Shown: positions 39,697 through 50,059 of the stretch, piece by piece
Numbering within the stretch: position 1 is the first letter of the stretch
Layout of the letters: every line of letters starts with the position of its first letter
DNA from: a bacterium
GTDB lineage: Bacteria; UBA8248
Assembly (NCBI GenBank): GCA_965213625.1
Contig: CBDBZU010000004.1
Location: 2,816,001-2,880,000 of the forward strand
Length of the DNA stretch: 64,000 bases
Reading direction: 5' to 3'
The notes under the pieces: generated by a model
What the model was told of the DNA's origin: nothing
The model's database searches: none
Seen by the model: the letters and a program-made list of their open reading frames with translations, nothing else
Program-made: the position numbers and the translations under genes

Positions 39697-39773
39697 GGCG
39701 GCGTAGCTCAACCGGTTAGAGCATACGGCTCATATCCGTAGTGTTGGGGGTTCAAGTCCCTCCGCCGCTACCA
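39697..39773 (+). tRNA. tRNA-Met (CAT), elongator-type
   Basis: GGCGGCG/CGCCGCT acceptor stem, TAGCTCA..GGTTAGAGC D arm, TACGG-CTCATAT-CCGTA anticodon arm, GGTTCAAGTCC T arm, encoded CCA; paired 1:72 and no run of three G-C pairs in the anticodon stem argue against initiator. Confidence 0.93.
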
Positions 39774-39804
39774 TTTCCTCGCCGCTTAGGGGAGGATACC
39801 TTCA

Positions 39805-41304
39805 GTGTTTCCGGACGCCTCACAACCAATGTTCTTGAAGCCAAAAAAAAAATTTGAAGCCAAAGTGAGGAAAGGTTTAAAGAAATCGGCTTATCGGGCC
39901 GGTACGGGACCTTTGCTCGTCGGTTTTTCTGGGGGTGCGGATTCAACGGCACTTCTGCTGTCCTTAATGTCGCTACTGCCAGAATCGCAACCACTGTGCG
40001 CTGTTCATGTCGAACATGGGCTGCGAGGAGACCTGTCTGTACGAGATGCTGAGCATACCGAGTATGTGTGTCGCCGGTACGGCATCGATTTTCGTTGCGA
40101 GCACATTCATGTATCTCGAATAGCGGAATTGGGCCTCGAAGGGGCAGCTCGTGAATCGAGGCGTTCGGTTTTCCTGGCTGTGGCTCGGGAAATGGGCGCG
40201 AAAACTCTCGCGTTGGCGCACAACATGGACGATCAAGCTGAAACCGTGCTCATGCGATTATTTGAAGGCGCAGGAGTAAGGGGGATTTCCGGTATGAAGT
40301 GGCGGACCCCGCTTTCGTCGAAAGGAGAAGATAGGCCCTACGTCATCCGACCCTTGCTGAATGTGTCACGCGCGGAAATTGTGGAGTACTTGGAGTCGCA
40401 AGACATCTCCTGGGTCGAGGACGAAACGAATGTGGACGAGAGTCGCCTTAGAAACCGGATACGTAAAAGAATTATACCGATCATTCGAGAGAATGTGGGA
40501 GATACGGCCATAAGCGGAATCGCCAAGAGTGCGGAGATATCAGCCCCGGTTGCTTCCCTTTTGGATGAAATGTCCAAGGATTTGATTACGAAATTCATCC
40601 GTGAATTTAATGGAAAACTCGTCGTTTCACCCTTGGGGGAAGTGAAGGAGTTGGCTCAATCACTTCGAGCGGAGGTTTGGCGTTCGGTGCTCGTAATGCT
40701 CAGAAAAAATTCACCCGCCCAAACTGGCAGGCGCGCTCTCGGAAAATGGATTGAAGACCTGGACAATCTGGTGCTGGCAGATAATCCATCGGGTGTGCTG
40801 AGCTTACCGAACGGTTTGGAAGCGAGACGAGAATACGATCGCCTTATCTGCGGACATCCCGACTTTGATTCTAAGTTACTTGAGGAGAAAAGGCTGCGTA
40901 TTCCTGGAAAGACGCTTCATCATTCACTTTGCCTAGGAATAGAGGCATCGTACGATTTGTCGCATCATCCAGAAGGAACATGTGAAGTGCGCCTTGATGC
41001 AGAAAAACTGGGGGAGAATGCCTGTATCCGGACACGGCGTGATGGAGATCGATTCCATCCTTTGGGTCGGAAAAAAGCGAAAAAGCTCAAGGATTATTTC
41101 ATTGAACAAAAAATCCCGAAATCCTTAAGAAATCGTATACCTCTCTTGGCAGTAGGAGATAAAGTTGTATGGATAATTGGCCACAAGGTTTCAGCGGGTT
41201 TCCTGCTCGATAAGAACGGGAAGAGGGGGATTATCCTTAAAGCGATGCTAGAGAATCAAGACAGTAACTTCTTCAGTTCGTTGAGTAAGTGTTTAGGGGA
41301 TTAA
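39805..41304 (+). CDS. tilS: tRNA(Ile)-lysidine synthetase
   Basis: SGGADS PP-loop, HVEHGLR, LEGAAR, AHNMDDQAETVL, IRPLL, W.EDETN, RNRIR, C-terminal R..GDRF.P.G...KKLKD. Confidence 0.96.
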   Translation: MFPDASQPMFLKPKKKFEAKVRKGLKKSAYRAGTGPLLVGFSGGADSTALLLSLMSLLPESQPLCAVHVEHGLRGDLSVRDAEHTEYVCRRYGIDFRCEHIHVSRIAELGLEGAARESRRSVFLAVAREMGAKTLALAHNMDDQAETVLMRLFEGAGVRGISGMKWRTPLSSKGEDRPYVIRPLLNVSRAEIVEYLESQDISWVEDETNVDESRLRNRIRKRIIPIIRENVGDTAISGIAKSAEISAPVASLLDEMSKDLITKFIREFNGKLVVSPLGEVKELAQSLRAEVWRSVLVMLRKNSPAQTGRRALGKWIEDLDNLVLADNPSGVLSLPNGLEARREYDRLICGHPDFDSKLLEEKRLRIPGKTLHHSLCLGIEASYDLSHHPEGTCEVRLDAEKLGENACIRTRRDGDRFHPLGRKKAKKLKDYFIEQKIPKSLRNRIPLLAVGDKVVWIIGHKVSAGFLLDKNGKRGIILKAMLENQDSNFFSSLSKCLGD

Positions 41305-41385
41305 CTCGTGGACGAATGAGAAAATTCCTGATAACTTTGAATGTGAGGTTTTGTAGACGCTCACCCGCAAGAAAAGGAATGTATT

Positions 41386-43305
41386 TTGAATCAATTTTAT
41401 AAGAATTTGGCTCTTTGGTTGATTATCGGGCTGATAATGGTTGGCTTATTTCAAGCCTTCAATAGCCCACGATCGACCGACCGAACGGTTGTTTATAGTG
41501 ATTTCCTGCAAGCAGTTGCAGATGGACAGGTGAGCGAAGTGGTTGTCCAGGGAGACAACATTCGAGGTCGCTACCTTAGTGGAAGGTCTTTCCATACCCA
41601 CGCTCCCAAGGACCCGAAATTAATAGATACCCTGAGGGCCAAAGGCGTACGCATTACGGCGCAGCCCGTAGAACAAAACTCCTGGTATATGAATATGTTG
41701 TTGAGTTGGCTGCCTATGCTGGTGATGCTGGGTGTTTGGATATTCTTCATGCGCCAGATGCAAATGGGTGGTTCAAAGGCTCTATCGTTCGGGAAAAGCA
41801 AAGCGCGTATGATGCCGGAGTCTGCGAAGAAAAAAATTACGTTTGCGGATGTGGCCGGCATCGAGGAAGCCAAGGAAGAACTCGAAGAACTCGTTGATTT
41901 CCTCCGTGACCCGCAAAAGTTCACACGCCTGGGTGCACGTATCCCCAAGGGTGTTCTCATGGTAGGTCCCCCGGGCACGGGGAAAACTTTGCTGGCGCGG
42001 GCCATCGCGGGCGAAGCGGATGTTCCGTTTTTCTCGATAAGCGGCTCGAGTTTTGTAGAAATGTTTGTAGGTGTCGGAGCGTCGAGGGTTCGAGATTTGT
42101 TCGAACAGGGCAAAGCAAATGCTCCTTGTATTATTTTTATCGATGAGATTGACGCCGTCGGGCGGCACAGAGGTGCTGGTCTTGGAGGCGGTCACGATGA
42201 ACGTGAGCAAACGCTCAATCAACTTCTCGTCGAAATGGATGGTTTCGAATCGAACGATGGTGTCATCCTGATGGCTGCGACGAACCGGCCGGACGTGTTG
42301 GATCCGGCTCTTCTTAGACCAGGCCGCTTTGACCGCCAGATTGTCGTTTCCTTGCCCGATATCAAAGGGCGTTTGGCCATTTTGAAGGTGCATGCCGAAA
42401 AAGTGCCGCTTGCTGAATCCGTCGAATTAAATCTCATCGCGCGTGGAACTCCGCGATTCGCGGGTGCTGATCTGGCGAACCTCTTGAATGAATCCGCACT
42501 TCTCGCGGCGCGCCGGGGCAAGCAGTCCGTTGAAAATGAAGACCTGATGGAAGCGAAGGATAAAGTCTTGATGGGCAAGGAGCGGCGTAGTATGGCGCTC
42601 AGTGAAAAAGAGAAAAAGAACACGGCCTACCATGAGGCTGGGCACGCCCTTGTTGCATTACTGATACCCGGGACGGACCCCGTCGAGAAGGTGACGATCA
42701 TTCCAAGAGGTTTTTCACTGGGGAGTACGTGGTCTTCGCCTCTCGAGGACCGCTATAGCAACGATAAAACATTTTTGACGAACCAGCTTGCTTGCCTGAT
42801 GGGCGGGCGTGCAGCGGAGATGTTGGTCTTTGACGAATTAACGACAGGAGCGAAAGCCGACATTCAGACATCGACCGATTTGGCGAGAAGCATGGTATGC
42901 GAGTGGGGAATGAGCGAAAAACTCGGTCCACTGTCGTATGGGAAAAAACATGAGCAAATCTTCTTGGGCCGTGAAATTTCCCAGCACAGGGATTATAGCG
43001 ACCAAGTGGCTCTGGAAATTGATAACGAAGTGAAAAATATGGTTTCCTCGAGCTATGAGAGAGCATATAAGTTGCTTGAAGAAAATCGGGATAAGCTCAA
43101 TTTACTAGCCAATGCGCTACTTGAATACGAAACCATCGATCTCAAAGACATCGAATCTTTGATGGAAACCGGGGAGATTTCCAGGAGTCGCAAGAGAAAA
43201 GACGAGGTAGGCGAAGGAAACACTCCTGTCGCTCCGAAACCGGAGGAAAAACCTCGCGAAGACCCCCAATCGTCGCCGACTGATTTGGCGCCCGGCCAAG
43301 CCTAG
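41386..43305 (+). CDS. ftsH: ATP-dependent zinc metalloprotease FtsH
   Basis: Two TM helices, [39 protein letters not shown]. Confidence 0.98.
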   Translation: MNQFYKNLALWLIIGLIMVGLFQAFNSPRSTDRTVVYSDFLQAVADGQVSEVVVQGDNIRGRYLSGRSFHTHAPKDPKLIDTLRAKGVRITAQPVEQNSWYMNMLLSWLPMLVMLGVWIFFMRQMQMGGSKALSFGKSKARMMPESAKKKITFADVAGIEEAKEELEELVDFLRDPQKFTRLGARIPKGVLMVGPPGTGKTLLARAIAGEADVPFFSISGSSFVEMFVGVGASRVRDLFEQGKANAPCIIFIDEIDAVGRHRGAGLGGGHDEREQTLNQLLVEMDGFESNDGVILMAATNRPDVLDPALLRPGRFDRQIVVSLPDIKGRLAILKVHAEKVPLAESVELNLIARGTPRFAGADLANLLNESALLAARRGKQSVENEDLMEAKDKVLMGKERRSMALSEKEKKNTAYHEAGHALVALLIPGTDPVEKVTIIPRGFSLGSTWSSPLEDRYSNDKTFLTNQLACLMGGRAAEMLVFDELTTGAKADIQTSTDLARSMVCEWGMSEKLGPLSYGKKHEQIFLGREISQHRDYSDQVALEIDNEVKNMVSSSYERAYKLLEENRDKLNLLANALLEYETIDLKDIESLMETGEISRSRKRKDEVGEGNTPVAPKPEEKPREDPQSSPTDLAPGQA

Positions 43306-43417
43306 TTTCTCACTATATTTCGATTTATGATGCAGATGTAAGCACCTCCGGAGCCAGTCGCTTTGGAGGTGACCGTCCAAATTGCATCGTGTTGGATTCG
43401 TAGATTTGAGGTGAAAG

Positions 43418-44146
43418 ATGGCTAAGCTTTGTGTGAATGTGGACCACGTTGCCACCATACGCGAGGCGCGTAAGACGAATGAACCGGATCCCGTAGCTGC
43501 TGCGCTTATCGCCGAACGTGCGGGTGCGATAGGCATCACCATTCACTTACGTGAAGATAGAAGACATATCCAGGACAGGGATTTGAAACTGATGCGCCAA
43601 GTGGTTCGGGGCAAGCTCAACCTGGAGATGGCTCCTGTATTCGAGATGCAGAGCATCGCACTTGATGTGAAACCGGAGCAGGTTACCCTGGTTCCGGAGC
43701 GACGTGAGGAGATAACTACCGAGGGCGGCTTGGACGTGTCGGGCAACATCGAACATATAGTCGACCTGATGAAACCACTGAGAGAAGAGGGGATTCTCTT
43801 CAGTCTTTTTATAGATCCTCATTCTGAGCAGATAGAAGCCGCCAAGGAGTTAGACGCAGATTTCGTGGAACTGAACACGGCGGCATATTCTGAAGCCAAA
43901 GGGCATGTTTCCCAGCAAAAGGAGTTGACCTCACTCCGGGATGCCGCCCTGCAGGCTAACGACCTCGGCATAGGCGTACATGCGGGCCACGGCCTCACAT
44001 ATCTAAACGTAGAAGCAGTAGCCTCTCTTCCTCATCTGCAGGAACTGAACATTGGACACAGCATTGTCTCCCATTCAGTTTTTGTCGGCTTTAAGAGGGC
44101 CGTGCGTGAAATGTCGGATATCATCGAACGAGTGAGCATCGCCTAA
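43418..44146 (+). CDS. pdxJ: Pyridoxine 5'-phosphate synthase
   Basis: [56 protein letters not shown]. Confidence 0.97.
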   Translation: MAKLCVNVDHVATIREARKTNEPDPVAAALIAERAGAIGITIHLREDRRHIQDRDLKLMRQVVRGKLNLEMAPVFEMQSIALDVKPEQVTLVPERREEITTEGGLDVSGNIEHIVDLMKPLREEGILFSLFIDPHSEQIEAAKELDADFVELNTAAYSEAKGHVSQQKELTSLRDAALQANDLGIGVHAGHGLTYLNVEAVASLPHLQELNIGHSIVSHSVFVGFKRAVREMSDIIERVSIA

Positions 44147-44148
44147 GC

Positions 44149-45723
44149 ATGCCGATTCCTGTTGTTACAGCCCAGGAAATGTCGAATATCGATAACCGGG
44201 CGATTCAAGAATACGGCATTCCCTCGGCATGCTTGATGGAAACGGCAGGAGTGAAATCTGCTCAAGTAATCTGGGAGAAATATGGCAGAGCCGGGCTCCG
44301 TGTTCTGATTGTTTGCGGGAAAGGGAACAACGGTGGGGATGGTTTCGTCATCGCCAGACATTTGTTAAATGCCGGAGCCAGTGTTGATGTGGCGGTCTTG
44401 TTTTCTTTGAAAGAAGCAAAAGGCGACTCTGCCGTTTTTTTGACGTCGCTTGATAAGATGAAAATACCCATTCTGGAAGTGCAGGAGGAAGACACCTCAC
44501 TCTTTGAGGTGATGTCGAAAAATGCAGACCTGGTCGTAGACGCCATTTTGGGAACCGGATTCCGGCCACCTGCCAAGGGCCTTCCGGAAGTGGCGATCCA
44601 GATCCTATCCGCAAGTGAATCTCCGATAGTCGCTATCGATATGCCATCCGGGCTCGATGCCACTACAGGCAAGGCTGAACTCCCATATATCGATGTGGAA
44701 GTCACCTTGGCGTTGGGCGGGCTTAAACGGGGTCATCTTCTGATGCCGGCCGCTGAGCATGTGGGTGAGGTCATTTCGCTTGACATCGGTATTCCGCAAA
44801 GATGTTTCAAAGATGAAGGCGTTTCGCTTCAAGTAACAGAACTCTCCGATGTTGCCGAAAATTTACCTGCAAGGCGCCTGGATGCGCACAAGGGAGATGC
44901 CGGCCACCTATTGTTAATTGCAGGCGCGCCCGGTATGTCGGGAGCCGCCTTAATGACGGCTATGGCGGCCCTTCGCTCAGGCGCCGGTCGGGTGACGCTT
45001 GCTGTGCCGGAAAGTATTTCTCCTTTGGTGGAGAGCAAGTATCCTGAAGTCATGACGTTTTCTTTACCGGCCACGGATTCGGGAACTGTCGACGCATCGG
45101 CATTTGATTCTATCGTCGAGCGCTCAGAAGACATGAATGCACTGGTCGTAGGTCCTGGGTTAATGACAAACCCGAGAACAATCGAACTTGTTCACCTCCT
45201 CATTCAACATATCGATGGTCCCATCGTCCTTGATGCCGATGGCTTGAATGCACTTGCGCAGGATTTGACTATCCTGGATGGTAGACTCGCTCAACTACTC
45301 CTCACGCCTCATCCGGGCGAAATGGCAAGGTTGCTTGGAATCTCGACGAGAGAGGTGCAAGAAGCTCGCATTGCGCACGCTAGCTCGTTTGCCGGACAAC
45401 ACCACCTTGATATCGCCTTAAAGGGTTGGGGAACAATCGTCGCCACATCAGATGAAGAAACCTGGTACAACCCCACAGGAAATTCGAGTATGGCCACCGC
45501 AGGCAGTGGAGATGTTTTGGCGGGTGTTATTGGCGGCTTCCTTGCCCAAGGGCTTTCCCGTAAGTGGGCTTTGATATGCGGGGTATATTTGCATGGCTTG
45601 TCTGGCGAATTGGCATCCTTGGAAGTGGGTGGGATAGGAGTCACGGCAACCGATATTTTACAAACCCTTCCCAAGGCGAGAAGGAAAGTCTTCATGGAAG
45701 CAGGAGATACCAAAACTGCTTGA
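44149..45723 (+). CDS. nnr: Bifunctional NAD(P)HX epimerase/dehydratase
   Basis: LMETAG, CGKGNNGGDG, DAILGTG, DMPSG, HKGDAG, GPGL, DADGLN, TPHPGEM, ATAGSGDVLAG. Confidence 0.96.
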   Translation: MPIPVVTAQEMSNIDNRAIQEYGIPSACLMETAGVKSAQVIWEKYGRAGLRVLIVCGKGNNGGDGFVIARHLLNAGASVDVAVLFSLKEAKGDSAVFLTSLDKMKIPILEVQEEDTSLFEVMSKNADLVVDAILGTGFRPPAKGLPEVAIQILSASESPIVAIDMPSGLDATTGKAELPYIDVEVTLALGGLKRGHLLMPAAEHVGEVISLDIGIPQRCFKDEGVSLQVTELSDVAENLPARRLDAHKGDAGHLLLIAGAPGMSGAALMTAMAALRSGAGRVTLAVPESISPLVESKYPEVMTFSLPATDSGTVDASAFDSIVERSEDMNALVVGPGLMTNPRTIELVHLLIQHIDGPIVLDADGLNALAQDLTILDGRLAQLLLTPHPGEMARLLGISTREVQEARIAHASSFAGQHHLDIALKGWGTIVATSDEETWYNPTGNSSMATAGSGDVLAGVIGGFLAQGLSRKWALICGVYLHGLSGELASLEVGGIGVTATDILQTLPKARRKVFMEAGDTKTA

Positions 45724-46150
45724 ATTCCCTTTTGAGATACGAAGTGATTCGGTAGAGCAAACAGCCGAGTTAGGTGCTCGATTAGCGAAAGTATCGAGAC
45801 CCGGCGAGGTCATTTTACTCGATGGTGACTTAGGCGCAGGAAAAACCGTATTCGCAAAAGGTTTTATCGAATCAATGCCGGGGGGAGAAAGACAAACTGT
45901 CCGAAGCCCCACATTTGTCTATATTCACCATTATCCAACCTTGCCACCCGCCCACCACATCGATCTGTATCGTCTTCCCAGGAATTCAGACCTCACGGAA
46001 ATGGGTTTAATGGATCATATAGGTGAAAGAGATTTTGTGTTAATCGAGTGGCCGAACCATGTGGAGAAATGGCGGTTCTCCGTATCGACGCACGTCAAAT
46101 TTGAGATTTTGGGAGACCGCAGTCGACACCTATACTTTGCCCGGCCATGA
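45716..46150 (+). CDS. tsaE: tRNA threonylcarbamoyladenosine biosynthesis ATPase TsaE (probable CTG start)
   Basis: Frame upstream of the listed 45875 ORF reads ...SVEQTAELGARLA...VILLDGDLGAGKTVFAKG, then SPTF, HIDLYRL, IEW; AGGAG RBS at 45702-45706. Confidence 0.88.
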   Translation: MLEFPFEIRSDSVEQTAELGARLAKVSRPGEVILLDGDLGAGKTVFAKGFIESMPGGERQTVRSPTFVYIHHYPTLPPAHHIDLYRLPRNSDLTEMGLMDHIGERDFVLIEWPNHVEKWRFSVSTHVKFEILGDRSRHLYFARP

Positions 46151-46335
46151 AATATTTCTTCTTTACAATGAAAGTAAAGGGTGGCACTCTTACAGGGCAT
46201 TGTTTTTGCTTATGTTCTTTTGTGTAACATATGTAACTTGCACGAAAAATTCCATGGTTCTGGAGGGATAAGTTACTTATCTTAGAGATCGCCTGTATAG
46301 ACGTTGAATACCGCCTGTGTTTCAGAAGGTTTGAG

Positions 46336-46947
46336 ATGCTATTCCGAAAAACGCTGAGAGCGGTGTTGCTGGGCTTTCTATTCGCGATAGGCGGTACTAT
46401 TGCCTATTTCATCTTGGGCTCTTCAAATAATCAACTCAATTTAGGAGAAATTTCACTCACGGCCTCGGATGCGGATCTTAATATAGATAAGGTGCATGTT
46501 GTTCAAAACACAAAAGGTGTTAGAGAATGGGAGTTGTGGGCTGACTCTGCCAAGGTATATCGCCAAAAAGGCATGACAAAACTTAAGAACCTGAAGCTTC
46601 GTTTTTATCCGAAAGAAGGTGAGCCCGCGCATGTGACCGCGCAAGAAGGAACCATGCAGAATGAAAGTCAAAACATCAGAATCAGTGGAGATGTTACTAT
46701 CTTGGCATCTAATGGCGTTTTGATGAAAACAGACTCTTTGTATTTTCGCTCGAAAGAGAAACGCATTGATTCTGATTCGCGGGTTTTGATGGAAGGGGCA
46801 GGATTTCGTTTAGTCGGTACCGGCCTACAAGGGCAAACCGATATTGGGAAGTATGAATTGAAAGAGAAAGTGAGCGCGACGATATACGCTAGGAGCGAAG
46901 GATTTTTCAAGGAGGGAAGAGAGGAGAAGATTATTCGTGCCAATTAA
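46336..46947 (+). CDS. lptC: LPS export protein LptC
   Basis: Single N-terminal TM, WELWADSA, beta-jellyroll-like segments, first gene of lptCAB. Confidence 0.85.
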   Translation: MLFRKTLRAVLLGFLFAIGGTIAYFILGSSNNQLNLGEISLTASDADLNIDKVHVVQNTKGVREWELWADSAKVYRQKGMTKLKNLKLRFYPKEGEPAHVTAQEGTMQNESQNIRISGDVTILASNGVLMKTDSLYFRSKEKRIDSDSRVLMEGAGFRLVGTGLQGQTDIGKYELKEKVSATIYARSEGFFKEGREEKIIRAN

Positions 46948-46982
46948 GGGAGCATGCGGCAGTTCCCGATTGGAGGGCAGTT

Positions 46983-47576
46983 TTGAGATCGAAAACCTAC
47001 CGCCTAATGCGTTTTACGCTATTTTGCTTGGGGTTGTATTTAGTTATTTGGGGATGGAATGGCGCTTCTTCATTTGCCCAGGAAAGCAACAAAAAAAGTC
47101 AATTAAATCGCAAGGCTCAGATCCACATCATTTCCGATAAGATGGAAGTGAGCAGCCGAAAGAACCTCATCGTGTTCATCGGGAATGTAGAGGCGAACCA
47201 GGGGAATATTAACCTGAAAGCAGATCGCCTCGAAGTGTACACCCTGGAAACCAATCAAAAGAGATTGAAGCGTCGCCCGGCCCCTAAGGACAGGGCCGGG
47301 GATATCGATAGAATCGTGGCCATCGGAAATGTGAAGATGGGCCAAGCGAAAAAAAGGTTCGCTACTGCCGCCCGGCTGGAGTATCGTGAATCCACCGGCA
47401 TCGCTATTTTGACGGGCGGACCACGCGTATGGGAAGGCAAAAATCGGTTAGTCGGCGCCAAAATAGAATTGAATTTGAAAGAAGATAAAACAATAGTTCA
47501 TGGCTCGCCTCGTCGGAGAGTCAGCGTCACCCTTTTTCCATCAAGCGAGAACCCCCCCCGCAAAAAATCGAATTAA
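46983..47576 (+). CDS. lptA: LPS transport periplasmic protein LptA
   Basis: Signal peptide, I.SD.ME, F.GNV.A.QG...L.AD.L, A.GNV, LTG.P.VW.G.N...G.KI. Confidence 0.88.
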   Translation: MRSKTYRLMRFTLFCLGLYLVIWGWNGASSFAQESNKKSQLNRKAQIHIISDKMEVSSRKNLIVFIGNVEANQGNINLKADRLEVYTLETNQKRLKRRPAPKDRAGDIDRIVAIGNVKMGQAKKRFATAARLEYRESTGIAILTGGPRVWEGKNRLVGAKIELNLKEDKTIVHGSPRRRVSVTLFPSSENPPRKKSN

Positions 47577-47580
47577 ACAT

Positions 47581-48345
47581 ATGTCTACGCGATCGAGTGG
47601 TAATGTGATAGGACGGGCAAGTACTGTTTCTATCCAAGCCACTGGGTTATCAAAAAGTTATTCCGGCCGTAAGGTTGTTTCCGGCGTGAAACTTGAAGTA
47701 CATCCCGGTGAAGTTGTTGGTTTGCTTGGTCCAAACGGAGCAGGCAAGACCACGATATTTTATATGATTGTCGGGTTGATCGCTCCAGATGCGGGAAGAA
47801 TTTTTTTGAATGGGAGTGAAATCACCGATCAGCCCATGTACATGCGCGCCAAACAGGGAATCAGCTATCTGCCTCAGGAGGCGTCTGTGTTTCGTCGCCT
47901 CTCGGTAAGACAAAACATCATGGCGGTGCTTGAATTGGTATTGCGTGATCCAGGCGAGCGCGAAAGACGATTGAACGAGATATTAGACGATTTGGATATG
48001 CAGCATATACATTCCGTGAAGGGATATGCCCTCTCCGGCGGTGAACGTAGACGCGTTGAAATTGCTCGGGCATTGGCCACAAACCCCACTTTTATGCTTC
48101 TTGATGAGCCTTTCGCAGGTATCGACCCCATCGTGGTTCACGAGATTCAAAACATTGTAACGGACTTGAAGTCTCGTGGAATTGGAGTCGTTATTACGGA
48201 CCATAACGTACGTGAGGCTCTTCAGATATCCGACAGGGCATATATTATCAGTGAAGGGCGGATATTGGAGTCCGGCCTCCCGGAGGAAATCGCTGAGAGC
48301 GAGAAAGCCCGGGATGTTTATCTAGGCGAAAAATTTCGTCTTTGA
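47581..48345 (+). CDS. lptB: LPS export ABC transporter ATPase LptB
   Basis: [52 protein letters not shown]. Confidence 0.97.
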   Translation: MSTRSSGNVIGRASTVSIQATGLSKSYSGRKVVSGVKLEVHPGEVVGLLGPNGAGKTTIFYMIVGLIAPDAGRIFLNGSEITDQPMYMRAKQGISYLPQEASVFRRLSVRQNIMAVLELVLRDPGERERRLNEILDDLDMQHIHSVKGYALSGGERRRVEIARALATNPTFMLLDEPFAGIDPIVVHEIQNIVTDLKSRGIGVVITDHNVREALQISDRAYIISEGRILESGLPEEIAESEKARDVYLGEKFRL

Positions 48346-48362
48346 GGGTAAAGGGAATCAAT

Positions 48363-49805
48363 ATGGCTTTGCAGCACAAGCTGACGATGAGAGCAGAGCA
48401 GCGCCTCGTCATGACTGCCATGATGCGGCAGGCGATTGGCCTTCTGCCCCTGAACCGCCTGGAAATGCAACAAGCCGTTCAACAGGAAATGTTGAACAAT
48501 CCCTTGCTGGAAGAGATTCACGAAGAAGGAAAAGAAGTGGCAGATGGAGAGATGCCGGAATTAAGGGACGATGTTCCCGAGAATCAAAATGATGAAAGAG
48601 GTGAGGTGGAGATCGATTGGGATAATCTCGTTCACGACAATTTTGATGATTTATCTCCTGCAACCATTGCCGATGATTTCCCATCTTATGAACAGACCTT
48701 GGCGCGGCCCGATACGCTGCATGAACACCTGGAACGGCAGTTAAATCTTTCCGTTGTTCCGCAGCCGATAGCAAGGGTTGCCGAACAAATTATTTGGAAT
48801 TTGAATGAAGAGGGTTATCTTCAAATAGATGTCGAAGAACTAGCGGCCGGCCTTGGTCTCGGGCCTATCGAGGCTAATGAGGCATTGGCTTTGGTGCAAG
48901 GGTTCAATCCACCTGGAATTGCTTCGAGGTCACTTCAAGAATGTCTTGTTATACAATTGAATAACAACGATATACCTGAAAATGGAAATAGCCGATTCTT
49001 GGATTTGGCCCGCTCGTTGCTTCTTGAAGATATTGACAAGATCGGTGAACGTCAATATCAGAAACTCGCCAAAACCAACGACGTGGATGTGAAAGATATC
49101 GCTCAGGCAATAGACATCATTCGAAGTCTCGATCCTCACCCGGGGTTGCGATTTTCCGATCAAAGAGTAGAGGTAGTGATTCCAGACGTGAGTGTCACGA
49201 AAAGAGGGGATGACTATGAGGTAACGCTCAATGATGATGGCTTGCCACGCCTGCGGGTGAACGCCCGGTATGCGGCCATGGCGGCCGACAAGGCGGGAAC
49301 GACCCCTGATACGCGGAAGTATTTAGAGGATAAATTAAGGGCTGCTACATGGTTCGTCAAAAGCATAGAGCAAAGAAGACAGACGATACTGAAAGTTTGC
49401 CGAAGCATTGCGGGTTTCCAAAAAGATTTTCTGGACCATGGCGTGAGTTGCTTGAAGCCCCTGATTTTAAGGGATGTGGCGCAAGAAATCGAAATGCACG
49501 AATCGACCGTAAGCCGTATTACAACAGGCAAGTATATGGAAACACCGCAAGGTGTTCTGAGCTTGAAGTATTTTTTCCACAGCGGCTTGGAATTGAGTAC
49601 AGGAGAAAACGCCTCTTCGGTGGCCGTAAAGGAAATTATCAAGAAATTAGTGGCGCAGGAAGACCCTGAGAAGCCGCTCACCGACCAGCAAATTGCGGAT
49701 AGACTCAAGCATGACAACGTGGCGATAGCGAGGAGAACGGTGACGAAGTATCGCAAAGAACTCCGAATCTCTCCCACCAGCAAAAGACGTAATATGCGCC
49801 AATAA
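48363..49805 (+). CDS. rpoN: RNA polymerase sigma-54 factor
   Basis: Q.L.MT..M.QAI.LL, NPLLE, HESTVSR, RpoN box ARRTVTKYR. Confidence 0.97.
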   Translation: MALQHKLTMRAEQRLVMTAMMRQAIGLLPLNRLEMQQAVQQEMLNNPLLEEIHEEGKEVADGEMPELRDDVPENQNDERGEVEIDWDNLVHDNFDDLSPATIADDFPSYEQTLARPDTLHEHLERQLNLSVVPQPIARVAEQIIWNLNEEGYLQIDVEELAAGLGLGPIEANEALALVQGFNPPGIASRSLQECLVIQLNNNDIPENGNSRFLDLARSLLLEDIDKIGERQYQKLAKTNDVDVKDIAQAIDIIRSLDPHPGLRFSDQRVEVVIPDVSVTKRGDDYEVTLNDDGLPRLRVNARYAAMAADKAGTTPDTRKYLEDKLRAATWFVKSIEQRRQTILKVCRSIAGFQKDFLDHGVSCLKPLILRDVAQEIEMHESTVSRITTGKYMETPQGVLSLKYFFHSGLELSTGENASSVAVKEIIKKLVAQEDPEKPLTDQQIADRLKHDNVAIARRTVTKYRKELRISPTSKRRNMRQ

Positions 49806-50059
49806 CATCCAGGTGCGTTTCACGCATGGACTTAAATTTCACACCTTTGCGCTCCTTTGTTGGCAACGGCTACTCACGAAGCAGCCTGGATTTGTAGTTT
49901 ATCTGGAAAAAAACAAAATTTTTGTTATTATCCAAATAAGCGGACGTTCTATTTTCCTGTGTGAAGTCTGGCGCCTCAATGTTTTCTTATCGGATTTTCA
50001 TTTGGTTTCCCCAGAATGGAAATTGTGTGAATTGGGTGTAACGAGCATCGAGGAACATA

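Noticed and set aside
42445-42480. Fts[10 protein letters not shown] instead of the usual TPGFSGADL
   Set aside because: A local substitution outside the Walker, SRH and HExxH motifs; not enough to infer changed function
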